A DNA stretch of 64,000 nt, from NCBI GenBank assembly GCA_963744445.1, contig CAVUTP010000001.1:276308-340307 (forward strand), given 5' to 3'. A model generated the notes under the pieces. It was not told where the DNA came from. It did not search any database and worked only from the letters and a program-made list of their open reading frames with translations. The stretch comes from an uncultured Acidobacteriota bacterium. Lineage in GTDB: Bacteria > Acidobacteriota > Vicinamibacteria > Vicinamibacterales > Fen-181. A program made the translations under genes and the position numbers. Below are positions 28,301 to 37,712 of this stretch, piece after piece; the stretch's first letter is position 1, and each line of letters opens with the position of its first letter.

Positions 28301-28960
28301 GTGGAGTTGATCCAGCAGTTTTTCAGCAACGTCTACAACGTTCCCGAACTGATCCGCCTGGTCGGCCTCGTCGGCCTCGTGTTCATCATCTTCGCGGAGA
28401 CCGGCCTGATGGTCGGGTTCTTCCTGCCGGGCGACTCGCTGCTCGTGACGGCCGGGCTGTTCGCCGCGCGGGGTGACCTCGAAATCGCCTGGTTGATCCC
28501 GAGCCTGCTGGCCGCCGCGATCGTGGGCAATGGCACCGGCTACTACATCGGCCGGCGTGCCGGGCGGGCGCTCTACAGCCGACCCAACTCGTTCTTCTTC
28601 AGGCGCCAGCATCTCATCAGCACCCACGAGTTCTACGAGCGGCACGGCGGCAAGACGATCGTGCTCGCGCAGTTCATGCCCATCGTCCGCACCTTCGCGC
28701 CCGTCGTGGCCGGCGCCGCGGAGATGACCTACCGGCGGTTCGCGACCTTCAACGTGGTCGGGGCGATCCTGTGGATCAACTCGATGACACTCACGGGCTA
28801 CTACCTCGGCCTGGCGATCCCCGGCATCGAGGAACGCATCCACATCGTGGTGGCGGTGGTGATCTTCCTGTCGCTGCTGCCGGGGATCCTCGCCTACCTT
28901 CGGTCGAAGCTGCGCGACAGGCGCGCGGCGGCGGGATCGGGGGCGGGGGTGGATCGGTAG
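28301..28960 (+). CDS. DedA family (SNARE-associated) membrane protein
   Basis: 219 aa with the typical DedA blocks FAETGLMVGFFLPGDSLLVTAG and GKTIVLAQFMPIVRTFAPVVAG. Confidence 0.85.
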   Translation: MELIQQFFSNVYNVPELIRLVGLVGLVFIIFAETGLMVGFFLPGDSLLVTAGLFAARGDLEIAWLIPSLLAAAIVGNGTGYYIGRRAGRALYSRPNSFFFRRQHLISTHEFYERHGGKTIVLAQFMPIVRTFAPVVAGAAEMTYRRFATFNVVGAILWINSMTLTGYYLGLAIPGIEERIHIVVAVVIFLSLLPGILAYLRSKLRDRRAAAGSGAGVDR

Positions 28961-29565
28961 GGTCGCCGGCGGGAGCCCGCCCACAGCCTCGCGGCAAACA
29001 GAACCCCGAGCACGATGGCGTAGAGCCGCGGCTCGCTGACGTCCGCTTTGACCAGCCACCAGAAGTGCACCACGCCCAGGACGGCCGCCAGGTACACCAG
29101 CCGGTGCAGGGCGCGCCAACGGGCGCCGCCAAGGCGGCGGATCATCCCGGCGGTAGAAGTGGCCGCCAGCGGCACCAGCAGGGCGAATGCGGCGAAGCCC
29201 GCGGTGATGAACGGGCGCTTCGGGATGTCGCGCAGGATGTCCGGCCAGGAAAAGAACTGGTCGAACCAGAGGTACGTGAACAGGTGCAGGGTCGCGTAGA
29301 AGAAGGCGAAGAGGCCCAGCATCCTGCGGAACCTGATGAGAGCGTTGGCGCCGGTCAGCGCCCGCAGCGGCGTCACGGCGAGCGTCCCGAGGAGGAACCG
29401 CAGGGTCCAATCGCCGGTCGCGTGGGTAACCGCTTCCAGTGGGTTGGCACCGAGGCGGCCTGCCCCAGTCCGCCAGGCAAGCCACGCGACCGGGACGAGC
29501 GCCAGGAGGAACAGCGCCGCCTTGATCCACGCCACCCGGCTGCTCGTGGCGCGCCCCGTCGGCAT
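28894..29565 (-). CDS. msrQ: Protein-methionine-sulfoxide reductase heme-binding subunit MsrQ (YedZ)
   Basis: 223-aa 6-TM ferric-reductase-like protein (GDWTLRFLLGTLAVTPLR, FFYATLHLFTYLW, HRLVYLAAVLGVVHFWW), immediately downstream of msrP. Confidence 0.85.
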   Translation of the reverse strand: MPTGRATSSRVAWIKAALFLLALVPVAWLAWRTGAGRLGANPLEAVTHATGDWTLRFLLGTLAVTPLRALTGANALIRFRRMLGLFAFFYATLHLFTYLWFDQFFSWPDILRDIPKRPFITAGFAAFALLVPLAATSTAGMIRRLGGARWRALHRLVYLAAVLGVVHFWWLVKADVSEPRLYAIVLGVLFAARLWAGSRRRPYRSTPAPDPAAARLSRSFDRR

Positions 29566-30540
<975 letters not shown>

Positions 30541-30583
30541 TTATTCCGCGACGGTGGTTGCCTTCGTCTCAAGAGGCGCACGG

Positions 30584-32212
30584 TCAGCGGCCGTGCTTTC
30601 GCTCGACCGCGCGTTCCCGGGCGGGCGGCGGCGCCCGCCTCAGACGCGCCTGCGTGCCTTCTTGCGCCCCGCGCCAGGCCAGGTTCACCTCCGGCATGTC
30701 CGCGCCGGCCGTGAGCCCTGCCGCGTCGCGCGGCGCATCGGCTCCCGGTGCCAGCCGGAAGTCGCCGCGGGTCGCATCCACGAACAGGCGTTCGAAGTCC
30801 CGCACCGGCGGGAAGAGGTTCCCCGGTGGATAGAGCCGCTCCTGGCCGCCGGCGAGGACGTTCCCCGTGAAGACGGCACCGGGAAAGTAGGCGTCGAGGG
30901 TATCAGCCCCCACCCCCCGGTCGCTGCCGTGCACACCGTACTCGTTGTGCCGCACGACATTGAAGCGGAAGGCAAACGGCCGGATGGGCGTCGGCCGGTC
31001 GCGCGACCCGCCGTAAGCCGAGATGACGTTCCCCGAGTGCAGCACGGTGTTGTGCTCGACGGTCACGTCAGCCGGGCCGTCCCCCATTCGCAGGAACTCC
31101 CCGTTGCCGCCCCAGCGGGCACCGTCCACGTCGTAGAGGAGGTTGTCGGAGACCACGATCCTGCGCGCGGTTCCGCTCGCATTCGGGCTGTCATGACCGA
31201 GCAGGTTGATTGCCGCGGCCACACGCCGGAGGATGTTGAAGCGGACGGACACGTCCTCGACCGTGGACCAGGGTGCACCGCCATCCTGGTTCCGCGGCGT
31301 GAGCAGCAGTGCGTATCCCGGCTGGGCGCCGCCCCAGTTGTTTTCCATGAGGTTGCCCTCGATCCGGACGGCCCGGGCGTTCTTCAACTCGAGCAGGTTC
31401 TTCACCTGCCAGCGCGTGCCGCGCCATTCCTCCGGCCGCGTGAGGTGGTTGCCCCTGATCCAGATGTCGGTCGGAACGAGGTTCGGGGTCCTGGGGTCGG
31501 CGCCGCCGAAGAGGATAGCCTGGCCGGCGGCCTCCAGGCGGTTATTCAGGATCGTGTAGGGACCAGGGCCGTTCCACCCGGCGATGGCCTGGCTGTCCTG
31601 TCCCGCGGACTTGATGTCCACGATCAGCGAGTTGAGAATGCGCGTGGCTCCACTGTTGAGGGCAATGCCGCGCTTCTGCCCGGCACCGGGGTCGCCGCGG
31701 ATATAACACCGGTCGAAGACGAGATCTTCCGGGATGCTCCCCGCGGTCTGGGACACGCCGCCGTCGCCCAGGCGGACGATTTCCCCGGCTCCGCCCGCGT
31801 TGGCCTGGAACTCGACGAGCACGACCCGCCAGTAACGAGCACCCGGTGCCGTGCGAAGCGCTGGCTCGCCGTTGGGCGATCGCAGCTTGGGCAGGAGCGG
31901 TGCGTGGCCCGCCGAGATGCGAGTGGACTCGTCGGGGGCCTCCGACTCCGGGATCGACGAACGGACGGTAATGAACCGGTCGTCGTCGCCGCGCCGGGCA
32001 GGCAGCACGAAGTTGCCGACGAAGGTCGCGCCGGCCTCCAGCTGGATCTCGTCTCCCGGCTGGGCGGCATCCAGCACGGCTTGGAGGTCGCGGCCAGGGC
32101 CGACGAGGACGACCGACGCGCGCCCGCCGACGGCCGACGGGCTGGCAAGGCAGAGCAAGCCTGCCGCGAGAGCCGCGAGCAGCCGGGTGGGCCGATGTCG
32201 GAACATGCGCAA
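30584..32212 (-). CDS. Secreted right-handed parallel beta-helix repeat protein (polysaccharide lyase/hydrolase-like fold)
   Basis: Signal peptide MRMFRHRPTRLLAALAAGLLCLASPSAVGG. Repetitive beta-helix-like turns (IRGNHL, IEGNLMENNWGG, VSDNLLYDV, VEHNTVLHSGN, VVRHNEYG). Lies 13 nt downstream of the PEP-CTERM-like mini-gene. Confidence 0.7.
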   Translation of the reverse strand: MRMFRHRPTRLLAALAAGLLCLASPSAVGGRASVVLVGPGRDLQAVLDAAQPGDEIQLEAGATFVGNFVLPARRGDDDRFITVRSSIPESEAPDESTRISAGHAPLLPKLRSPNGEPALRTAPGARYWRVVLVEFQANAGGAGEIVRLGDGGVSQTAGSIPEDLVFDRCYIRGDPGAGQKRGIALNSGATRILNSLIVDIKSAGQDSQAIAGWNGPGPYTILNNRLEAAGQAILFGGADPRTPNLVPTDIWIRGNHLTRPEEWRGTRWQVKNLLELKNARAVRIEGNLMENNWGGAQPGYALLLTPRNQDGGAPWSTVEDVSVRFNILRRVAAAINLLGHDSPNASGTARRIVVSDNLLYDVDGARWGGNGEFLRMGDGPADVTVEHNTVLHSGNVISAYGGSRDRPTPIRPFAFRFNVVRHNEYGVHGSDRGVGADTLDAYFPGAVFTGNVLAGGQERLYPPGNLFPPVRDFERLFVDATRGDFRLAPGADAPRDAAGLTAGADMPEVNLAWRGAQEGTQARLRRAPPPARERAVERKHGR

Positions 32213-32224
32213 GCCGTTAAGGAC

Positions 32225-32512
32225 TCAGGTCGTTCGACGAACCGCCGCGGCCAAGCCCAACAGCAACCCTCCCACCATGACGAGCGCCAGCTTCTCCGGA
32301 ACCGACCGGAGGGGATCGAGTCCCACCGGACTCGCCACGGAGCCGCCTGCGCGTGCCGGGACGTCGCCCGACGCGACCGTATACTCAGGGGACCGGGACG
32401 GCCCATCCGGAGGCGGCACGGCGGGAGTGGACCGCACCCCGAGCGTCACGAACATCATCGCGAGCAGCACGAGCCGGGTTGCGCCTGCCGCCCTCTTCCA
32501 GGTTGTCGCCAA
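32225..32512 (-). CDS. Small secreted protein with PEP-CTERM-like C-terminal sorting signal (candidate exosortase substrate)
   Basis: Proposed TTG start at 32512, preceded by GAGGGAGAG. Signal-like N-terminus (M)ATTWKRAAGATRLVLLAMMFVTLGV, a Pro/Ser-rich middle, and the C-terminus SVPEKLALVMVGGLLLGLAAAVRRTT (PEx motif, TM helix, basic tail). An alternative ATG lies at 32458. Confidence 0.5.
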   Translation of the reverse strand: MATTWKRAAGATRLVLLAMMFVTLGVRSTPAVPPPDGPSRSPEYTVASGDVPARAGGSVASPVGLDPLRSVPEKLALVMVGGLLLGLAAAVRRTT

Positions 32513-32590
32513 GATTGCTCTCCCTCTCAGACGCCGTGTACTTCCTCTCAGACGCCACACACTCGAAAGTCGGTTGCGCTGGCACCGGCT

Positions 32591-32605
32591 ACAAGTGCCG
32601 TGCCA
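32591..32605 (-). promoter_or_regulatory. Sigma-54-like promoter TGGCACG-N4-TTGT
   Basis: The reverse strand reads GTGGCACGGCACTTGTAGCC, with correct -24/-12 spacing but a -12 of TTGT instead of TTGC. It lies about 80 nt upstream of the PEP-CTERM-like mini-gene. Confidence 0.5.
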
Positions 32606-32737
32606 CCGCAGCCGGCTCGTCGTTGCGTCCGACCGCCGCGGTGCCGGCGCGACGCACGGCCGTGCTTCAACCTCACCACCAGGCGCCTCGCGTGCTACCA
32701 TCGAAAAATCGGGCCGTCAACCAGACAACAGCACTGT

Positions 32738-33448
32738 ATGAACGAGCATCGTGACCACTGCGCGAAACTGCTCTCGCTCGCCGTGCACGAGTTCCGGTCT
32801 CCCGTGGCGGTGGTCTCCGGTTACCTGCGGCTGCTCATGAAGCACTTCGGGGACAACCTCACCGAGAAGCAGCTGCACCTGTTGCAGGAGAGCGAGAAAT
32901 CGTGCGGCGCGCTGTCGAAGCTGCTATCCGATCTGAGCGAGTTGGGGCAGCTGGAAGCGGCCGGTATCGCGATGCGGCGCGAGCCCGTGGCGATCTTCGA
33001 GCTGCTGCGGGAGGTGGCCTCGAACGTGCATGAGGGTAGGGACCGCGGAGTCAGTCTCGAGGTCACGGCCCCCGAAACCGACGTCCTTGTGATGGGTGAT
33101 CGCGCCCGGCTCTCCGCGGCCCTCGCCTCGGTGATCCACGCGGCGTTGCGCGAGCGGCCCGGGGCGGCGCGGCTGACGGCCTGCGGCGTGGTGGAACGCG
33201 GGCAGGCCCCGCACGTCGTCATCTCGGTTGGTGACGGGGACCTCGCGCCCTCGTCGCCCGACCCCCACGGCGCCCAAGGCACGGCGTTCGATGAGTACCG
33301 CGGCGGTTTGGGTTTCCGCCTGCCGATCGCCGCGCGCGTCCTGGAAGGGCACGGCGGCCGGCTGCACTCCCCCGTGACGGAGCGGGGACACCTGGCGATC
33401 GTGCTGTCGCTGCCGCTGACATCCCCTGACGCGGAGAAGACCGGGTGA
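32738..33448 (+). CDS. Soluble histidine kinase core (HisKA plus degenerate HATPase_c), no sensor domain
   Basis: 236 aa. H-box LAVHEFRSPVAVVSGY and G2-like box YRGGLGFRLPIAARVLEGHGG. Its stop overlaps the GTG start of the downstream response regulator. Confidence 0.75.
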   Translation: MNEHRDHCAKLLSLAVHEFRSPVAVVSGYLRLLMKHFGDNLTEKQLHLLQESEKSCGALSKLLSDLSELGQLEAAGIAMRREPVAIFELLREVASNVHEGRDRGVSLEVTAPETDVLVMGDRARLSAALASVIHAALRERPGAARLTACGVVERGQAPHVVISVGDGDLAPSSPDPHGAQGTAFDEYRGGLGFRLPIAARVLEGHGGRLHSPVTERGHLAIVLSLPLTSPDAEKTG

Positions 33449-34959
33449 AAAAACCTTACGTGGCGATCGTGGACGACGACTCGGGGTTCTCGAACTACCT
33501 GCGCACGTTCCTGTCGCTACGCGGGTACGACACGCGCACGTACTCCCGCGGCGACGAACTGCTCGCGGCCATCAGGCAGGCAGACCCGCCCGACATCGTG
33601 CTGCTCGACGTGATGATGCCAGGGCTCGACGGCCTGGCCACCCTGCGTGCGCTGAAGGCGGCCCGCCCCGAGACGCAGGCGATCATGCTCTCCGGCCGCG
33701 AGCAGCCCTCCACCATCGTGGAGGCCGTGCGGCTGGGCGCCGCCGACTACGTGGTCAAGCCGGACGACCCCGAGGGCCTGGGCGAGATCGCGCTCGACGT
33801 GGCCATCAAGAACGCGCTCGAGAAGAATCGCCTGGTCAGCGAGCTGACGGAACTGAAGCAGCAGCTGAGCGACGACCAGGATCGCGCCTTCCTGTTCTGG
33901 GGCAACAGCGAGCAGATGCGCCAGATCGCGACGGTCGTCGAGCAGGTGGCCGACAGCGACGTGACGGTGCTCATCCGCGGCGAGAGCGGCGTCGGCAAGG
34001 AGCTGGTGGCGCGGGCGGTTCATCAGCGCTCGCCGCGGCACGCGAAGCCGCTCGTCCGGGTGAACTGCGCGGCCCTGCCGACCGAGCTGCTGGAGAGCGA
34101 GCTGTTCGGGCACGAGAAGGGCGCGTTCACCGGCGCGGCGAACACGCGCATCGGCAAGTTCGAGCAGGCCGACGGCGGCACGCTGCTGCTCGACGAAATC
34201 GCCGAGATGAAGGCCGCCCTGCAAGCCAAGCTGCTGCATGTGCTCCAGGACGGGGAGTTCACGAAACTTGGCAGCAACAAGCGGCAGAGCGTGGACGTGC
34301 GGGTGCTCGCCGCCACCAACCGCGATCTCGAGGCGATGATGATCGCCGGGGACTTCCGCGAGGACCTCTACTACCGGCTGAAGGTGATCGAGGTGATGGT
34401 GCCCGCGCTTCGCGAGCGCCGGGACGAGATCCCGCACCTGACCGACTTCTTCATCGCAAAGTACAGCCGGAAATACAACCGGCCGGCCCCGCCGACCTCC
34501 GACGAGCTGCGCGAGCTGTTCCTGCGGCACGAGTGGCCGGGCAACATCCGCGAGCTGGAGAATATGATCAAGCGGCTCGTCATCCTTCAGGACGAGCAGA
34601 TGATCATCCGCGAGCTGCGAATGGCGGCCGCCCGGACCAGTGTCCCGGCGTACGCGTCGGCCGTCGCCGCGCCGGTGGCGGTGGGCGTGGGTGCAGCCTC
34701 GGGGTACGTGCCCGGCCCGGCCGAACCCATCCCAGCCGAGGCCGATGACGAGCTCGTGGTCGAGGCGGTCGAGCCGCCGGAGGAACCGCGGACGCTCTCC
34801 GACATCGCGCGGGCAGCGGCGATGAAGGCAGAGCGCGCGGCCCTCGAACAGACGCTGGACCAGGTGCGATGGAACCGCCGCAAAGCGGCTCAGCTCCTCG
34901 GCGTGAGCTACAAGACGCTCCTCAACAAGATCAAGGAGTGCGGGATCAGCCAGAAGTAG
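33445..34959 (+). CDS. Sigma-54-dependent response regulator (REC, AAA+, Fis-type HTH; NtrC family, PrsR-like candidate)
   Basis: Receiver domain VAIVDDD...VLLDVMMPGLDG; Walker A GESGVGKE; intact GAFTGA; LLLDEI; ELENMIKR; C-terminal HTH RKAAQLLGVSYKTLLNKIKE. Confidence 0.9.
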   Translation: MKKPYVAIVDDDSGFSNYLRTFLSLRGYDTRTYSRGDELLAAIRQADPPDIVLLDVMMPGLDGLATLRALKAARPETQAIMLSGREQPSTIVEAVRLGAADYVVKPDDPEGLGEIALDVAIKNALEKNRLVSELTELKQQLSDDQDRAFLFWGNSEQMRQIATVVEQVADSDVTVLIRGESGVGKELVARAVHQRSPRHAKPLVRVNCAALPTELLESELFGHEKGAFTGAANTRIGKFEQADGGTLLLDEIAEMKAALQAKLLHVLQDGEFTKLGSNKRQSVDVRVLAATNRDLEAMMIAGDFREDLYYRLKVIEVMVPALRERRDEIPHLTDFFIAKYSRKYNRPAPPTSDELRELFLRHEWPGNIRELENMIKRLVILQDEQMIIRELRMAAARTSVPAYASAVAAPVAVGVGAASGYVPGPAEPIPAEADDELVVEAVEPPEEPRTLSDIARAAAMKAERAALEQTLDQVRWNRRKAAQLLGVSYKTLLNKIKECGISQK

Positions 34960-35071
34960 CGGCGTTCCCTTTCTCGGAAGATCCTTTCCCTCGCGACCGT
35001 GGGCCCGCCTCGAGCGGACTCGCGGCTTCCCACTCTCGACCCGCCCGCCCCCCTTCGCCAATCCATGTCCG

Positions 35072-35087
35072 TGGCACCTCCCTTGCT
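35072..35087 (+). promoter_or_regulatory. Sigma-54 (-24/-12) promoter TGGCAC-N5-TTGCT
   Basis: GTGGCACCTCCCTTGCTGAAC matches the consensus TGGCAC-N5-TTGCW exactly. It lies about 29 nt upstream of the ATG at 35116 and next to two sigma-54 activator genes. Confidence 0.7.
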
Positions 35088-35115
35088 GAACAGCCTTGCG
35101 GTTCAGTTGAAGAAC

Positions 35116-36564
35116 ATGACCGATCAGCGCATCACCATCATGATCGTCGGGGCCGACGCGGCCAGCAGCCAGATCATCGGGGACGCGATCGCCCGTCACC
35201 AGCTGGCGCACACGATCCTCGCCCCGGCCGAGCAGGCGGTGCGGCGCTACGAGGCCGAGCGCCCGGCGGCGGTCGTACTCGATGCAGACGCCGGGGGATT
35301 GCCGCCCCTGCGCGAGTTGCGCGCCATCGACCGTGACGTTCCGATCCTCATCGCCGCCTCCGAGATAGGGGCGCGGGCGGTCATCGAGGCGATGGCGTAC
35401 GGCATCGCGGGCCTCCTGAGGAAGCCGCTGGCCGAAGCCGAGGTCGCGGAGTCGCTCGGCCGTGCCCTCGACAACAGGCGGGTGGCCGCCGAGATTGCGT
35501 CGCTCCGCAGGGAGCTCGGGTCCGCCTCCCAGCACCGGCTGGTGCTCGGGTCCAATGCCCGCATGGCCGAGGTCGCGAATCTGTTGGAACGTGCGGCTGA
35601 CACGGACGCGACGGTGTTGATCGAGGGAGAGGCCGGCACCGGCAAGGACCTGGTCGCGAGGGTCATCCACGATCTTTCGACGCGGCGCGAAGGCCCCTTC
35701 GTGAAAGTCAACTGCGCGAGCCTCGCGGAGGGTGCGTTGGAGTCGGCGCTGTTCGGCTTCGAGCGAGGCGCCTTTTGGGGCGCGGTGCAGCACAAGCCGG
35801 GCAAGCTGGATTTCGCGCACCACGGCACGCTGTTCCTCGACGAGGTGGCCGCCATGGCGCCGGCGCTCCAGGCCAAGCTCCTGCTGGTCCTGCAGGAGGG
35901 GGCCTACTCCCGCATGGGGAGCATCGCCCGGGTGCCCGTCGACGCGCGCATCGTCGCCGCCACCTCCACCGACCTTGCCGCCGCGGTCGGCGCCGGGGCG
36001 TTCCGCGAGGACCTCTACTTCAGGCTCAACGTCATCGCCGTGTTCCTTCCGCCGCTGCGGGAGCGCCGCGAGGACATTCGCCCGCTGACCGAACACTTCC
36101 TCCGGATCTTCTCGGTGCACTGCAACAAGGGCCGGCCGACGGTCGCGGAGGACACGCTGCAGCTGCTGGCCGAGCACGAGTGGCCCGGCAACGTGCGCGA
36201 ACTGCAGAACACGGTCCGCCGCCTCGTACCGCCGGGCGGGGAGGCGGAAGTCCGGCGCGAGTTGCAGCGCGCGATCGCCTCGCGCCTCTCGCAACCGAAG
36301 CCCGCGAGGCGCGAGCGGCGCGCTCAGGCCGGCATCGCAACGCCGGCGCAAGCGGAGCCGGCAACGCCGGTCCCGGCGACCGGCACCCTGAAGGAGATCG
36401 CACGCGCCGCCGCCCGCGCGGCGGAACGCGCGGCCATCTTCAAGGTCCTGCAGCGCACGCGATGGAACCGGAAGGCCGCTGCCGAGTTCCTCGGGATCAG
36501 CTATAAGGCGCTGCTCTACAAGATTCGGGAGAACGGCCTGGACAAGCCTGCGCCGACGTCATGA
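35116..36564 (+). CDS. Second sigma-54 activator-family regulator with atypical GAFWGA loop and degenerate receiver acidic pocket
   Basis: Start set at MTDQRITIMIVGAD because a sigma-54 promoter lies at 35072-35087, inside the longer ORF. Walker A GEAGTGKD, FERGAFWGAV in place of GAFTGA, LFLDEV, and HTH RKAAAEFLGISYKALLYKIRE. Confidence 0.8.
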   Translation: MTDQRITIMIVGADAASSQIIGDAIARHQLAHTILAPAEQAVRRYEAERPAAVVLDADAGGLPPLRELRAIDRDVPILIAASEIGARAVIEAMAYGIAGLLRKPLAEAEVAESLGRALDNRRVAAEIASLRRELGSASQHRLVLGSNARMAEVANLLERAADTDATVLIEGEAGTGKDLVARVIHDLSTRREGPFVKVNCASLAEGALESALFGFERGAFWGAVQHKPGKLDFAHHGTLFLDEVAAMAPALQAKLLLVLQEGAYSRMGSIARVPVDARIVAATSTDLAAAVGAGAFREDLYFRLNVIAVFLPPLRERREDIRPLTEHFLRIFSVHCNKGRPTVAEDTLQLLAEHEWPGNVRELQNTVRRLVPPGGEAEVRRELQRAIASRLSQPKPARRERRAQAGIATPAQAEPATPVPATGTLKEIARAAARAAERAAIFKVLQRTRWNRKAAAEFLGISYKALLYKIRENGLDKPAPTS

Positions 36565-37046
36565 ACCAGCAGTCCCTTTACGAAGACGGCTCGCGGCTGC
36601 TCAAACCCGACATGTTCGAGTTCGTGCTGGCGTCCGAGCTGAAGCGGGCGGTCCGCGCGCAGACCTTTCTGACGCTCATCACCCTGGAGGCCCGGCGCGT
36701 CTGGGACGGCCTCACCGTCGCGGCCGACGACGGCACGCTGGCGGAGCTCGCCGAGCTGGTCTCGCGGGAGGTCCGCGACACCGACCCGATCGGGCAGACC
36801 GACCGCGGCGCCCTCGGGCTGATGCTGCTCGAGGCCGACCCGCACGGCGGCTCGTGCGTGATCGGGCGGGTGATGTCGCGCATCGACAACTACCGGTTTT
36901 CCGCCCCGCTCTCGATCTCGATCGGCGCCGCCTCGTGCCCGACGCACGCGGTGGACGCCGAGGCGCTGAAGCGCGAGGCGTCCTCGCGCCCGATGATCAG
37001 CGCGCGGCGAGGCGTCAACCCCGGAACCACGACGGAAGGCCTATGA
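36561..37046 (+). CDS. Degenerate GGDEF-domain protein retaining an RxxD I-site (candidate c-di-GMP receptor)
   Basis: 161 aa. Aligns by eye to the GGDEF fold: RDTD, five residues, then DRGAL where GG(D/E)EF is expected; then GLMLLEAD and ISIGAAS. ATGA overlaps on both sides. Confidence 0.6.
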   Translation: MNQQSLYEDGSRLLKPDMFEFVLASELKRAVRAQTFLTLITLEARRVWDGLTVAADDGTLAELAELVSREVRDTDPIGQTDRGALGLMLLEADPHGGSCVIGRVMSRIDNYRFSAPLSISIGAASCPTHAVDAEALKREASSRPMISARRGVNPGTTTEGL

Positions 37047-37702
37047 CCGCCACGCTTCGCTTTCACGTTGTCGCTTCCCTGCTCACGGCGGCCGTTGCCG
37101 CCTCCGCGCCCGTCGGCGTCCGCGCGCAGGGCCTGCGCGACAGGCCGGCGGCGTTATCGCAACCCAAGCCGGTCGCGCCAGCGCCGGCCGCGAAGGCCCA
37201 GGAGCCCGTCGCGCAGCCCTCGAGCGCCGAGTACAGGCTCGGTGCGGGGGACAAGCTGCGAATCGAGGTCTACAAGGACCCGCAGCTCTCCCAGTCTGTG
37301 CAGATCCGCCCGGACGGCAAGATCACGATGCCGCTCATCGGCGACCTCGCCGCCGTGGACATGACGCCGATCGAGCTGCGCGACCGTATCGCCGCGGCCC
37401 TCAAGGAGTACGTCACCAACCCGGTGGTCACGGTGATCGTCGTCGAAGCGATCGCCTCCAGCGTGTACGTGATGGGCGAGGTCATCAAGCCCGGGCCCGT
37501 CCCGCTGCAGGGTCCGCTCACCGCCCTCCAGGCGCTGGCCATGTCGGGCGGCTTCAAGGACTTCGCGAACACCAAGGACATCCGGATCCTGCGGCGCACC
37601 GCGAAGGGCGTCGAAACGATCCGGTTCAACTACCGCGAGGCGGTACGGGGCAACGGCGCCCCAATCTACCTCCGCGCGGGCGACACCATCATCGTCCCGT
37701 AG
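37043..37702 (+). CDS. Polysaccharide export protein (Wza/Poly_export family, PEP-CTERM-locus type)
   Basis: Signal peptide, then YRLGAGDKLRIEVYKDPQLSQSVQIRPDGKITMPLIGDL and VYVMGEVIKPGPVPL, typical of Poly_export plus SLBB domains. Confidence 0.85.
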   Translation: MTATLRFHVVASLLTAAVAASAPVGVRAQGLRDRPAALSQPKPVAPAPAAKAQEPVAQPSSAEYRLGAGDKLRIEVYKDPQLSQSVQIRPDGKITMPLIGDLAAVDMTPIELRDRIAAALKEYVTNPVVTVIVVEAIASSVYVMGEVIKPGPVPLQGPLTALQALAMSGGFKDFANTKDIRILRRTAKGVETIRFNYREAVRGNGAPIYLRAGDTIIVP

Positions 37703-37712
37703 CCAAGGCGTC

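Noticed and set aside
32738-33448. Histidine kinase considered as PrsK, the PEP-CTERM system sensor kinase
   Set aside because: PrsK-type kinases, as I recall them, are large polytopic membrane proteins. This one is a 236-aa soluble HisKA-HATPase core, so only a generic call is supported.
34999-35115. Longer N-terminal extensions of the second activator (starts at 34999 or 35065)
   Set aside because: The extension would be translated across a perfect sigma-54 promoter, and it adds no receiver-domain sequence. MTDQRITIMIVG is a typical receiver N-terminus.
33517-36351. 944-aa minus ORF
   Set aside because: It is antisense to the two sigma-54 activator genes, which carry unambiguous AAA+ and HTH motifs on the + strand.
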